64,000 nucleotides of DNA from the NCBI GenBank assembly GCA_030141605.1, contig JAQGDQ010000337.1, forward strand, positions 62,001-126,000, given 5' to 3'. Within the stretch, counting starts at the first letter, position 1, and every line of letters begins with the position of its first letter. A program made the position numbers and the translations under genes. The stretch is from Tubiluchus corallicola (lineage: Eukaryota > Animalia > Priapulida). This document shows, piece after piece, positions 1 to 13,500 of this stretch. The notes beneath the pieces are model-generated. The model was given only the letters and a program-made list of their open reading frames with translations. It was not told the origin of the DNA and searched no databases.

Positions 1-1045
1 AAAGGAAGTTTAGACGAAATTTTTATCAGCACTAAAAAAGACAAAAACATAAACAGTTGTAACAGACAACTTTCAAGTCTATAAATTTGTTCACTTACAA
101 CCCTAATCTTATAACTTATTCCCTAATCCAACAGGCAAAGCAAGGAAATCCCCTTTTCCCTATCCCATCCAGGTGTCTAGACCTTCCAGGCGAAGATACT
201 GAAGAGCTACGTTCCACACACGTAGTATGACAGTTGAGCGTTTTACTGGTTATATAATAAATCACTTATAAAACTGATAGAGTAAATACAACTAATCTGT
301 CACGTAGTCGGTCGTTTTCTCTTATATACCTTGTGACCCAAAGAAAACTTCAAAAAGGTGGTGAGTTGAAAACCCGAATATGTAATAAGCATCCGATTTT
401 ACACACAGAGCTAAGGAAGGTTAGGCAAAGTATTCAAATTTTTGTAAAATTTTAATAGTAGTCGACTGGTAATCATTAATCATTTGCAAAAATAGCTAAA
501 ATGGGGCGACCTCATCAGTTGCTATACGCCGAAGACTTATGCATTTTGCCAAAACGGTTTACACACATCTCATGTTTCGGCACCATAAAATAGCAAGACA
601 AGAGAGTCTACACCATTTAACTCAGAATAACGTACAATTCAAAGGTTTTTATATAATGTTGGGTACCAAAAATTACTAAATAGTAATATAAATAAACTAT
701 CATAACTATTTTCAACTTCCAAGTCTAGATTCTGTCAGTGACAGTGTTATTCAAATATTAGAGTGACTTCACAATATATATTTTGTTACAGTGATTAAAC
801 AGTAACAAGAAATTATTGACTTCGTGTTGTTGTTGCTGCTGTTGTTGTATAATTAAAAAAGTCATTTTTTATTATAACCTTTTGGTTGACATGTGACCTC
901 AATGTGACCAGGGTCATCATCACGATCCATTTTTCTTGATGTTCATTAAATTCTGCTGTAGTGTTTTAATAATACCTCTTACACAGAAGCTCAGTTCTTG
1001 CATTTTTATAGCTTTACGCATATGAGCCAAATTCTTCAATCTTTT

Positions 1046-1160
1046 GTGACATCAAACCCAGGGATTAAGGTGCTACATCACACAAAATTTGGTCAAAATT
1101 GAAGTGACATCAACCCCAGGGATTAAGGTGCTACATCACACAAAATTTAGTCAAAATTGA
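1046..1160. repeat. 58 bp tandem duplication
   Basis: GTGACATCAA.CCCAGGGATTAAGGTGCTACATCACACAAAATTT.GTCAAAATTGA occurs twice. Confidence 0.92.
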
Positions 1161-1313
1161 CGTCAAAATTAAGCAGAATAAAACTTGCTGCACGGTTTTA
1201 CAAAGTAACGCAAGCAGAAAGATGTTACAGGTTGAACAATTCTACAAGCAACTGAAATGTTTTACACAATAGCAGATCTAGTTGTCACTCTGTAATCCTT
1301 ATCACACGCATAC

Positions 1314-1422
1314 CTGGAGACTGTCCAGTATGACCCTCAATGCTTTGACTTGCCTCCGAATGTTTGAAGAGAATTTTTCGTAAAGTTCAGCATCAAATTC
1401 ACTCATTTGAATCTCCTTTAAT
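1314..1422 (-). CDS. VWA8: VWA8 exon (LKEIQMSEFDAELYEKFSSNIRRQVKALRVILDSLQ)
   Basis: AG/GT bounded, phase 2-0. Confidence 0.96.
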
Positions 1423-1471
1423 CTAAAAGGAACACAAAAATTACTTATATTTTTACTTGCTTTACTTTTTT

Positions 1472-1524
<53 letters not shown>

Positions 1525-1527
1525 CCT

Positions 1528-1584
<57 letters not shown>

Positions 1585-4500
1585 GTGCCATCTCCTTTTT
1601 TCAAAAATCTATATGGCAGTGCAAACATTACCGAAAGTAAGCCAAATGGAGTAGATATATCTGTTATACTGATTTTTTACGAAAGCAATGCAGGTCGAAT
1701 CCAGCCAATAACAAAGGCAGTCCAGGTAACTTTTGCGGCAGCTCACAATGCTGAACTGTTGCATTGTGTACCAGGAGTGAAAGAGGCATGCAGTAGATAA
1801 TAGAGCGGAATATTTTCGCACCAGTAATTAAGTCTGCTCATTTCAGTACTACAATTGGCATTGGGAAACTGAACACTGTAACAAATTGCCTGTTTGAGGC
1901 CTGTTATAAATATTTGGTTTTTCGGAACCAAATTTGCACTCGAAAACCATGGATAACAGAATATTAATGCTCATTGCTACCATTTCTGCTCATATTTATT
2001 CGTGGTCTCACATCTGTGCCAATAATCACTGTATCGAGCATCCGTGGTGATTTAATATGTTTTGGCAGTTTTCCAGCCTTTCGAGAAATGCGGAGCAAAA
2101 TTATTAGGAAGAATCTACCCAGATGAATATTCCGGTTGCCTAATGGAGCGTGAAGCTTATTTGTTTGACACCTGGCACAATGGGGCTAGCCTGTTCCAAA
2201 GTCGACTAGCCGCGATTGTTGTTAATTAGGTGTTACATACTTTTGCACAATAGTGAACTACAAGGATAGCATATGGATTCAATCTGCATGGCTTTCGTGT
2301 AAACTCCATATTAGTTAAACTGAGTTCATCATGACACGTCATCAACAGGCCACAATTAGTGAAGTCTCTCCAAGCCACAAAACAAGCGTAAATTCGAGTT
2401 TTTCAAATATTAACATTACCGCTCTTTAAATGCTTTTTGCGCCATCTTTCTTGCGGCTTCTTTCACTTCCTCTGGTACTGCGTCTTTTTCCGCCTGCGAG
2501 ACCTGGGTGACGTCGTGACCGGCATCCAAACGATACGGACCCCCTACTCCGCCTAGCCCAGCAGTATCCCTTCCTCCAGTGCCTCCTGAAAACATAAACA
2601 TGCACAAACAATAGTAAAAACGCCGGACAGCGACAAACTAGCGGTGAATAAAAGTTTGAATTTCATGTAGAAAACGAAATCAAGTCAAAGCAGTGGAGAA
2701 GGTCAAGCATAGACTACATATGAACCCAGAACTTCATGATAAGATCAGTTATGCATTGATTAAACCACTGCCAAGAACAGCATCCTACATTAAGCCATAG
2801 CTTTATACAGAGCAATAACTATACTATACAACTAAATACGCAGGTACAGTAAACCCTCGTTATACCAGACCTCGTGGTAACGGATTTCGGACATAACCGA
2901 CTGTTTTTGCTATTTGGTCCATGTTGATTACAATGAATGGACAAGTTCACCAGGTGTCAGGATTATGCTCTTCAACAAGCGATTGATACATTATGCCAGG
3001 CCGTTGATGTTATGAAACAGTAAGCCTTTTCACAGCTTCAGCGACTGACAATGATCGTGAAAAGGTGAAAGGTTAAGCATTTGCGTACACTTGACAATGC
3101 CTCGAAGCCCAAACAATCGTAGTATTAACAGTTTCAACAGCTAGCTAGAGCTAGAACCTTAGCTAGTTCATTTTTTCTTGTTCCCAAGCAAGATCCTGCT
3201 AGTAAATCACTTCACATGCACACTAATGCATTATTAAGTAAAGTCCACATAAAAAACTAATGTTACTGAACTGATGTGGCAGACGGCTTTGCTTTGCCCA
3301 CATATCATGTGCCGTTTGAAGTGGTACACTTAACTTTTGACCTACAGCAACTGCGCATGAGCACAACGAAACTGTGAAAAGGCTTATTCTCATTGCAATG
3401 ACATTCATCTTACAGACAGTCCAATGACATGGTTCTTACAGACAACCACTTACCATAGACAGTGTGACTAAGACGTTAGTGTGAACAAAACGTTTCATTT
3501 GTGTCTGAAAGGATAGGAAAGCTGGAATTGAAATGGCGTACTTCATCATTCAGTAAAAGTTAGCAGGTCGAAATAGGCTCAGTTAAGTGTGAAATCTGTA
3601 GCTTTTGTTCAAACGTTTCGAATTTGATTCTAACCTAAAATTGTACATTCAAATAATTCAGCACTTCAACCACATGCGTACTTTTGTCATTAAAACATTT
3701 TAAACATCACGCAATTAGCACAATTTTAGTAGTGCGCATTTTTTAAACTAATTATCAAAGGTTTATAGCAGAACAAAATTAAGTAATAGGGCCTATGCAA
3801 GATCTTTGTACAACCGCTTTTTACTGAAGGTTCGAAAATTTGGTCGAAAATATTTCCAACTGAATTCGAATTCAAAATACCAAAATTCGGTTTCATTCAG
3901 ATTTGAAAGTCACAAATTCGATTTGACGCTAATTCGATTTCTGGTAGAGTACTCGCCCCTATTGTCGATTTTTTTATTTCCTAAAAAACTGTAACTTCGG
4001 AAAAGGAATCAACATTAAATTACGATTATTATTTACATGACTAGTATTTATTTTACCAACACAGACGATAAAAAACTATTACGAACATACAATGATGATG
4101 ATTTAATTAAGCTACATAATGTAGTGTTAGCAAAACTGCAATTGTCTAATTTACGTACTTAAAATCCCTAACTTAACTGAGGAATGCCTAGGCACCTCAA
4201 TGTTCATAACCTAATTAACATTATATTAAGTTTCTAACAAATATCAGTACCCAAAAACACAACATTTATCAAATGATAGTGAAACAAAAATTGGTCATAC
4301 AACCAACACGAAATCTAGAAAGTGTATGACAAATAGTAAAGTCAGAAGAAGTTATTATAACCAAAGCATTCAGAATTACAGCCTAAACTAGTTACGTAAA
4401 AGCTAATGCAAACTGATTCGTACAGAGCAAACTAGATTCAAGTTTGAATACATTGCTCCTGCTACAGTGTTCAAACTAAAGACGCTCATAGATGCATCGA

Positions 4501-7500
4501 AAAAGAAGAAGAGATTTAGACTCTGTTCAATATCGCAACAACGTACGATGTTCGCAACAGACAGGCGTATCCAACTATTAGTCAGTTACATACAATGTTT
4601 GTTTCACCATTTGAAACATTTATGTTTCCTGTAATATCTTTTTGTGTAATTACTATAGTAATTAGTTCATCTAAGAGAGACAATTAAAACATATAGTCAC
4701 ACGTTGTTATACCCCCCCCCCCGTTATAACGCCAGCCTCGTCATAACGGCAATTATTTATCCCGATTCCCATAATATATTAAATACAGGGCATAATGCCA
4801 GGCGCTTACCGCCATCCGCCAACGTATCTGATGTGCCAAAAGTCTATTTTGCATAATAAATTTACCCCGTTATAAAGCCAGCTAAGATAAAGTACAATGA
4901 ATTGTTCTTGAAAAATAGCCATTGTGTTGTGAAAACAATGATCTCCGAACAGAAAAACAATTATGATGCTGAAATTAAGATTTATGTCTAGTTGCAAATG
5001 ACTGTATGAAAGTGAAGATTTGAGCAAGGAACATGCATTTTACGAGGAGTTGTGTAACTAAGCTTCAGTACTGAACTGATGTGAATTTAATGGCTGCAAA
5101 AGCTGTTTGACTCAAGGTGACAAGGTCAAGTTATATGTGGCAGCTATTTATAGTGTTAATTATCTAGTAATGTTGTGTTGGAGTGTGGGTGGGCTGCGTA
5201 GTTGCATATTGCTCTTATCAAGAGAGAGCAACATTTCACAAGAGTGCTACTCCACATTGTGTTAACCTAAAAGTTTTGTAACGTACGCCCGTAGAACTAC
5301 ACCTGCATTTTTGTTAATGCAGCAGAAATGTACAGTATAACACATGTAGGTATAATAATATTATACTATTTATGGCATATTAAAATTAACTAGGAAACAA
5401 AATAGAGGTTACAGACCAGAATGGCTTTGATATTTTAATGAACCTCGTGGACCTCACCTTAATGCCAACCCCGCTACAGCGCCATATTTAGGCGTGTCCC
5501 AGACCTGGCGTTATAACGAAGTTTGACTGTATCCGGTTCAAATTCTAAAAATGGTTTTTAATTCACTAGGACAACTTAATTAAGAGAAGAAAATCACAAA
5601 ATACTCAGCAGCTGATGCTGTTCTAATCGGATGTAATTATGCAAGATAACAATGAATGCAAAATGAATGTTAGTCAAGCCTACATCATTTGTGGTTGAAT
5701 GTCCTCTAAGTTTTAATCAGGGGTGCAGCCAAGTTTTATAGTTAGGGGGAGCAAGCACTTAAAAAAGGCACCATGACAAATACCAAACAATTCTTAAAGC
5801 ACTGATTATACATTTTAATTTTGTGTTTAAAATCAAGACACGAGGAAGATGCAGTTTCAGTAAACGCATGCTCATTTCAAAACCACAGGAGGTAGGTTGG
5901 TCAAAATAAAATAATGATTCCAGAAAAGTTTTCCAAGGTCAAAAAAATTGATAAAAAAGATTCGAATTTTATTGCACAAGTGAAGTAAAGAGTAAGAAAT
6001 TGTTGAAAATGTGCTAACATTGAAAAACGTGCCCAGAGGGAGCGGTTGCTCCCCCTATTAGCTATTCCACTGATTATAATAGTCGGTACTGTAATTCACC
6101 ATCACAAAATATAAGTAACACTTTTCATTCAAAATTCATAATGTCTATGGCAGAAAATGAACAAACCCTAGATAAAAAACACTGTTGATAATTTAATATG
6201 TGCTGAAACTTTTGGATTAGCGGAATATTAAGTCGTCAATTCACCCCCATTTTATGGGTAAACAATGCACAACATAACGTAAAAGTTACAAACTTAATAT
6301 ATTTTAAATTAAGTAAGCAATAGTCTAAATCTATGGCAGTCAGTCAGTTATACAAATACTTATGCGCAATTACGTAAATTACTAGAAACTGTAAGTAAAC
6401 ATTGTCGTAACTTTTCGCGGCAGATACTTTGTTTACATAACATACCTGTATTTGTTTACTCAATTTATGTAATTGTTTACATAACATAGCCATAAAGCAT
6501 CACAAACTTCCACTGTGAACTCGTCACAAATGCGCGGGGAAAATTCCCAGTGGGAATCCAACGCAATGACTAATGAAAATCCCCCACAATAAACAATGTT
6601 AAATCTCGTCACTAAATTCCTGTAAATCTGCTACACAAATTATACTTTAGTAACATGGCTATAGCCAAAAAAATACAATTGGGAAATATATGTAATATAT
6701 AATAAATTACAATACAAAGATATTAACATTTTAAAGAAAAACTTTTTAAGATGAAGGCAAATTAACAGATGTTATGTGCAAAATAAAAATGAAATTGGTG
6801 CAACACATGAAAAACTTCATTCATTATCATAAGGTGGTCAAAGAAACTGAAGAATTACTAAGGGCTTGTACTTTTGCATATGAACTTTGATTAAATTTTA
6901 GAAACTTTAAAACTATTTAGAGCAATGTCTTCTGTTTTAATTACAGTTGTGTATAATTAAACTGTTGTTTCAACAAATAGAAACATTTCCATTTTGCACT
7001 TGTAATATTAAGTTTAAAATTTTTGATAGGGAAAAACGAATTCTTAAAATAAAAATGGCAGCCAGCACCCACTTATGAAAAAACATGGCTTTTTATTCAG
7101 TGTGTGTGGGTGTGGGTGTTTGTGCATGCGTGCATGTCATGTGTGTGTGTGTGGGTGTGTGTGTGTGTGTGTGTGTTTTCAGTAGCATTATAATGTTAGC
7201 ATAATATAACATTATGTAATGTAATAGCTACATTACATTAAAAGTAGTTAAAATATAAGCTAATTACTTGCATATTATTCATCACATACCTTCAATACAA
7301 GCCTTCCCCCCCCCTCCGCCAAGAAAAGTAGCTTGTCAGAAATTGCATTCCCAATGTAATTAATTATTTAAATTTTTACTGTAGGATGTACTGCAAACAC
7401 AATAGGTTGTGCTTGATTTAAAATGATTTAAAACCATGTAGAATACTGGCTTCTGTTGTAGACTGAATGTTACAATTAGTCTCAAGGTTCCCACGGTCAG

Positions 7501-10500
7501 GAAAAATCCTTGAAAATACAGGCTGTCTTGGAAAGTCTTTTACTAAAAAGATAATTTGGTAAAAAGTCGGAAAAAATGATGAAAATGGGCGAAAAGTCAG
7601 GGATTTTGGAAAGGGTTGCAAAGATAATCACCGTGAACCAATATTTTTTCAAACATATTTTTCAGCGATTCGTGTTCAAATAAAATTTTGCCATGGCAGG
7701 TTCCCAGTTTCGATTTCTGTTCCAAAAATAAAGATTGGCCAACACATTATATATCAGTATATGTGTGAATGTATCTTGTGAACGTCCATACACAAAAATG
7801 TATGAATATAATGCAATACCTGCTTATCTTGGTCATTAAAAATCAATATTTGATCAGGGAAATGTCATGGAAAAGCCAGGGAAATTTATTTTAAATTCCA
7901 TGGGAACCCTGGTCATGGAAAATCAATATTTGGTCGGGAAATGTCATGGAAAATCAGTCATAAAAAGTCAGGGAAATTTATTTTAAATTCTATGGGAACC
8001 CTGGTTATGGAAAATCAATATTTGGTCAGGGAAATATCATAGAAAAGTCAGGGAAGTGTCATGGAAAAGTCAGGGAAATGTCATAGCGAAGTAAAATGTT
8101 ATTATTTTACAGATAAAATCTCGATGTTGTGTGTTAACTTTTAATCTTTACATTCGTCATTTCATTTTTACAGGCTGTTCCTATAACAACACTAAATTAA
8201 ACTAGAATCATCTCATTCCAGCTACAATAACCAAATTTCAAGACTAACCTTTCAAATACTATACAAAATAAAAAAGCATTTTAAGTCTAATGACTTACAA
8301 ACTGTAAAACAGCAAATTTACTAACCAGCAAGTTCTCATCAAGGTAATTTATTAAATCAGGGAAGTACTTGATAAAGCTAACCCAGATATTTTCTACTAG
8401 TAATTTCCGTAACAAGTCCTGACCTAGTAATTCGAAAGGCATGCAACACACCTCCACAATTGCATCAGCTTATTGGTTGGCACAGTGTTTGCAATGAAAC
8501 CAAATGTCAAGTAGTGAGGTTCACTGCCTCTTGTAATTAGACCCGTGAAAGTGGCAAAGCACACAGAAGCCTGTTATAGCCTGACATTGCTTGATTTAAC
8601 CTGATGTAACAGGTTCAAACTGGATTTCTGAGAACTTACACTGAAATGACGTATGACGTTATGATGTTAATTAGAAGAAAGCAATTCTGATTCTAAGATT
8701 AAACACTAATAAACTGTGATTTACGCACAGCGTGTAGGTTGTACAAACATTTAGAGAGCATTTAGATCATTTTTCTCTAAAATACCAAGCATAAATAACT
8801 ACTGGTTTTAAAAACAGAAAGTCAAAACTACACAGAGATTGTAAAATAATGATGTTTTTCGATACAGAGTTTATGTCCATGCCATCTTTGAAACAAGTAG
8901 TCATGTTTATTTTATTGTCATCCGTATGCCATGTCTGACAAAAGCTTTAGATAATTGTTTTACTTAAACAAAGCATTTGTTAAAGTAATTTTGCCTTGCA
9001 TTTCTGTTATTGCAGGTACTAGTACTCTGCGCGTGTACTTTGTTAATCATGTGGTTGCTGTAACATTTTCATTATTAGTTTAGAAGTTTTCTGTAAGCAG
9101 CTAATGCTGTGGCAGCTTGTAGCTAAAAACCTTGAATTAAATAGTAAAGCTGGAAGCATGCTAATCATCTAATTTACACTTTGTCATATTCAATAATATG
9201 GTACACGGTTTAAGCACAACACATGCCGAGTCAAAAAGAAATACTACTTGCACAAAAAAGTCGGTACTGCGTGAGCAACAGTGCTCTCTCTGCCTAGTGT
9301 GCAGCATCTTATCTCGGACGTGTGCACATGGCTGCATGAGCACAACAACCGAACACCGCATCGCTGGAAATGTGAAGCCAACAGTTCCATTACATGCTCT
9401 GGTTCCCTACAAGGATTTACAAGCATGTACAAATATAAAGAAAGAATTAAAGAAAAAAGACTTATAAAATATTGAATGTTATTGATAATGTCGAGTGAAA
9501 ATAAGGGGTGCTGCAGTTTCACAGTGCCTGTTCACAAGCCGCCACACAGCTTATGCCAGGTGAGAAATTACCTTTTTTTCAAATTTCATGTAATAAAATA
9601 TGTTTTACAAAGTCAAAAAGTTTCCTGTTTAACAAAACATTTTACTAAAACGTCTTTACGTGGAATGCAAGCAAAGAGCACCGCAATAATTTATATGAAA
9701 GAATACTGAAGCTTGGTTTGTATTGCAACTACGTGTCTAGCAAAGTTTCCAATTTTTTTCACTCATATTGTACAACTAGGTAGGGTTACAGTTTTAACAC
9801 AGGACCATTGTATCAACGTCAAATTAATATGTAATTTAATGAGTGCAAAAAATCTCTAGTTACCATAGAATTGAAATAAAATTAAATGTTCAGGTTCCTA
9901 AAAAACATCAGTCACCAATCTTGATTACTGACAAGTCTAGCGCCGCTAAACTTTTAAATAAGGTTAGTTGCTCAACTAGTAGCAGCAATGTGAATTTAAT
10001 AGTCTTACAAACTTGCATAAAATTGCTAAAAAATGAACAATCAGGAGAAAAAAAAAGCAACAGTATTACTGAGACAACTGATACAAGTCGTCCCACACAC
10101 TTCACTTTACGTGAAGGCGACTTCACACTCATAAAAAAACTAATCCGGCAAATTAGACATTGCCTTGAGGAAGTTTTCAATTAGCAAGCAAACAATAGAA
10201 CGTGCACACGTCAAACTGAACTTCAAATCTCAGTTCACTTCCTGAGCTTGACACAGCTAATAGTTCTCTGATCTTATCGGATACTGATCAATTCAATTTA
10301 AAAATCAAATCAATTATTAATGTGGAAGTTCAATGACATATGAGATACTGAGTTCATTGAGAAGAAAATTAACAGACACATATAGATCAATACTAGCAAC
10401 ACACTGCAAATAACATTAGCTAATGAAAAGTTGGAATTTCCTTATTAGTATGAAATCTAGTCTGCTCAGTCAGTTTTTCATCTCTACTCGACAGATAGAA

Positions 10501-13500
10501 AATGCACAAAGATCTGTTTCAGGTCAGATTTTGTTTTCTAAAATTCACAGGCATAAATTTTGTATTTTGTGCAATAAGTAATTTTTAGAAACGCATAAAA
10601 GTCACAAAAATCACTAGAAGAGAAGTAGTCACAGTAATCCAAGCAGTGTCGCGGGTGTCACAGACTGTTGTAGGTGTAAAACAGACGTGGATGAGCTTCA
10701 AACACTTGTCCAAGCCGTAGGCATACGTTGAATCCAGTTCTGACTGGTTATGAGCTTGTAAATGTTATGGCGCAGGTGATCTTCCGCTTGTAATTTGACG
10801 ACATGAATGTCGACTGTTATGAAAGCTTTTTCTCGTCCTAACTCAATGGTAATGTGTAAATATTGTGTTATAGAGATTACCACCGTTCTAGATGGCTTAG
10901 TTGTAGATAATTTGATTAGTTTACACTGATGATTACACTGATTAATATTGTTTGTTTGTTTGCACTGTTGTTAATGTTGTTTGTGTATTTAAATATGTAA
11001 AATATATACATCAGCATGGCAATTAATCCGTTTCTCCTTTTCATGGCTGTTTAAAACACAAGTATAGTATTCTGCACACATAAGTATGTTTCTCTTTTTT
11101 AATAACGCCTTTTCGGCTTTGGTTAATGAAAAAAGGTATTTTAGGAACCTCAGACCATTCAAAGCTTCTTCTCCTTTTAACTACAAAATTTTTCAACTAC
11201 ACGGCCTTCTCAACAATAGGGTAAACAAAATACTTTTACGTAAAGAGGAAGATGGAAGTCAACAAAGATAAATATAATGCAAAATAAATGTAAGGATAAG
11301 GGGAAGGAAAAGGGTAAAGATAAAGAAAAGGGGAAGGAAAAGGGTAAGAATAAGGATTAGAGGAAGGAAAAGGATAAGGGTAAGGAAAAGGGTAAGGATA
11401 AGGATAAGGATAAGGAAAAGGGAAAGGATAAGGGGAAGGAAAAGGGGAAGGATAAATGTAATGATAATGATAATGATCGTGATAATGAGAAGGACAACGT
11501 TACACAGAAAGACAACAATATGGAAAAGGGTGAAGATAAGGGGATAAGAATAAAAATAAAGATAACAATTACGATAATAGGAATAATGATGATAATAATG
11601 ATAGTAACATGTGAATGATAATGATCATGCTAATGTTAATGATAATGACAAAGATAAAGATACAGACAAAATAGAGGCAAACACAAAGAATAAAGAAAAA
11701 ATAAATGTACATAATGGTAAAAAAAAAGAATTAAAAAAATAAAAATAGATACTCACACAAAAATAAAGGCACAAACTCGGTCAAAAAGGAGGTGAAGAAC
11801 AGATAAAGAAAAATGTACAGACCAACAGAAAAAACGACAAGGGCAAAACGTAAGGCAAAGATGAACATGTATTTGTGAAATTATACTCATGTCACTCCGC
11901 AAGTGAGTCAGTAGATACTCGAATCTAATTACTTCATATTTTTAATTGTCACCCCCTCGCTAAAGAAACTTCCCAAATGGTTGGATTTCTCAACTCCCTA
12001 AAGAAAATTCAATGCCCCAAATTGCTCACAACTGCTCCTCACAGCTAGCATTTCAGTTATTAGGTTAATAAGGTACAGGGAAGCCACACAAATCTATAAG
12101 CCACTTTACTCAAAGATCATTAATATCAGAATAATCTGCATCAGGATTTGAAATTTCAACTTTTTAGTCACCAGACCTGAAATCTACTAGGTTAAGCACA
12201 TTGTCTACAACGAACACTAAACATTACAGCGACTGTTCAGCCATACCTGCCCACATATTTCCACCGGCATGAGGCATGTTAAGCGGATCAATTTTACCGT
12301 GCTTGGGAGCAGTCGGAGCTTTCCCGCTGTCACGTTCTATTGTAACCTAAAATATAACAGGTATGGAAAACTCTCTATATAAGCACTTGAGTTTCACAAC
12401 AAATGCGTCCGCCTTAACAAATAATATGATAATTCCTACCTGTAAATGTCTTTCGTCGGATTTGTCCAATAACCGACGCCACTCGACAATGGATCGTTCT
12501 AAATTGGCAAGACCGGTTTCCCAGAGTCGTACACACCCACCAGCATCGACTGTTACTAAACCGTCGTCCCGTCGTTTAGCTAAGATGATATTAGAGTCTG
12601 TAATCTCAGCCAACCACCCACTGTATGGTGATTTAGTAGCCGGTCTAGAAAAAATGCAAACCAAGATTTTGTTAAAATATAACTGAACAGATTTAAGAAC
12701 TAAATTTTTTCTTACCTGGCAAACGACTTAACTGTATCCAACGAAAGTGCAAAGAGGAATAAAGGTGACTTGGTGCTGAAGTTCAAATGAAAGCATAACA
12801 TATTTAGTTGGTTAATAATTCAGCTCACTAGCAAATTGTTGAAATCATGTCTCGATTCAGATCGCTCTAAGACATACTAGTACCATCGTAGATGTTGCGA
12901 TTATATTCACTGTTAATTTTAACTATTAAAATTAATAATTATTTTTAACAATCAAATTAACAACTTATTTAAATAGTGGGTAGCAAGTGCTTCTGGCACA
13001 CAGGGGCAAAATCTTCTGGCGCCCTATCCTTTTAATGCTTTGATCATTTGTTTTGTGGGCGAAGCAAATTGTGTGAATTTTTTTACATCCCTGAACCCGA
13101 CTTTCCTCTTTTGACATGATGGGACAAGAATCACCCAGAGTTTGATTTGTGGTATCGCACCAGAGTAACTCTTTTCTATGCACTATTTACGCGTAACACT
13201 ACAGTCCTTAAACATTCAGCTCCAGCATTAAAACATGAAAAAATTATGAAAGATACAGAACACTACAGGTTTTCACAATAGTACAATCGTATTTAGAAAA
13301 ACTCCAATGATCCTCTCAAAATTATCTAACTGCTAAGCCACATGACACCCTACACATGCCATTAAGTACCAACTTTAGGCTTTTTTCTATGCGGATTAAG
13401 CAGCAGAGACTGTTGCACAAAATGTGAACTTTTTTAATCCCGTTATCCTAAATTCTTCTCAAAATTTGAACTATTTAAAAATGATAAAGGTGATCAGTCC

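Noticed and set aside
1585-2220. Coding-like sequence with short ORFs, including a VQIWF string
   Set aside because: No continuous frame or recognisable domain; the homeodomain-like string lacks the rest of the motif.
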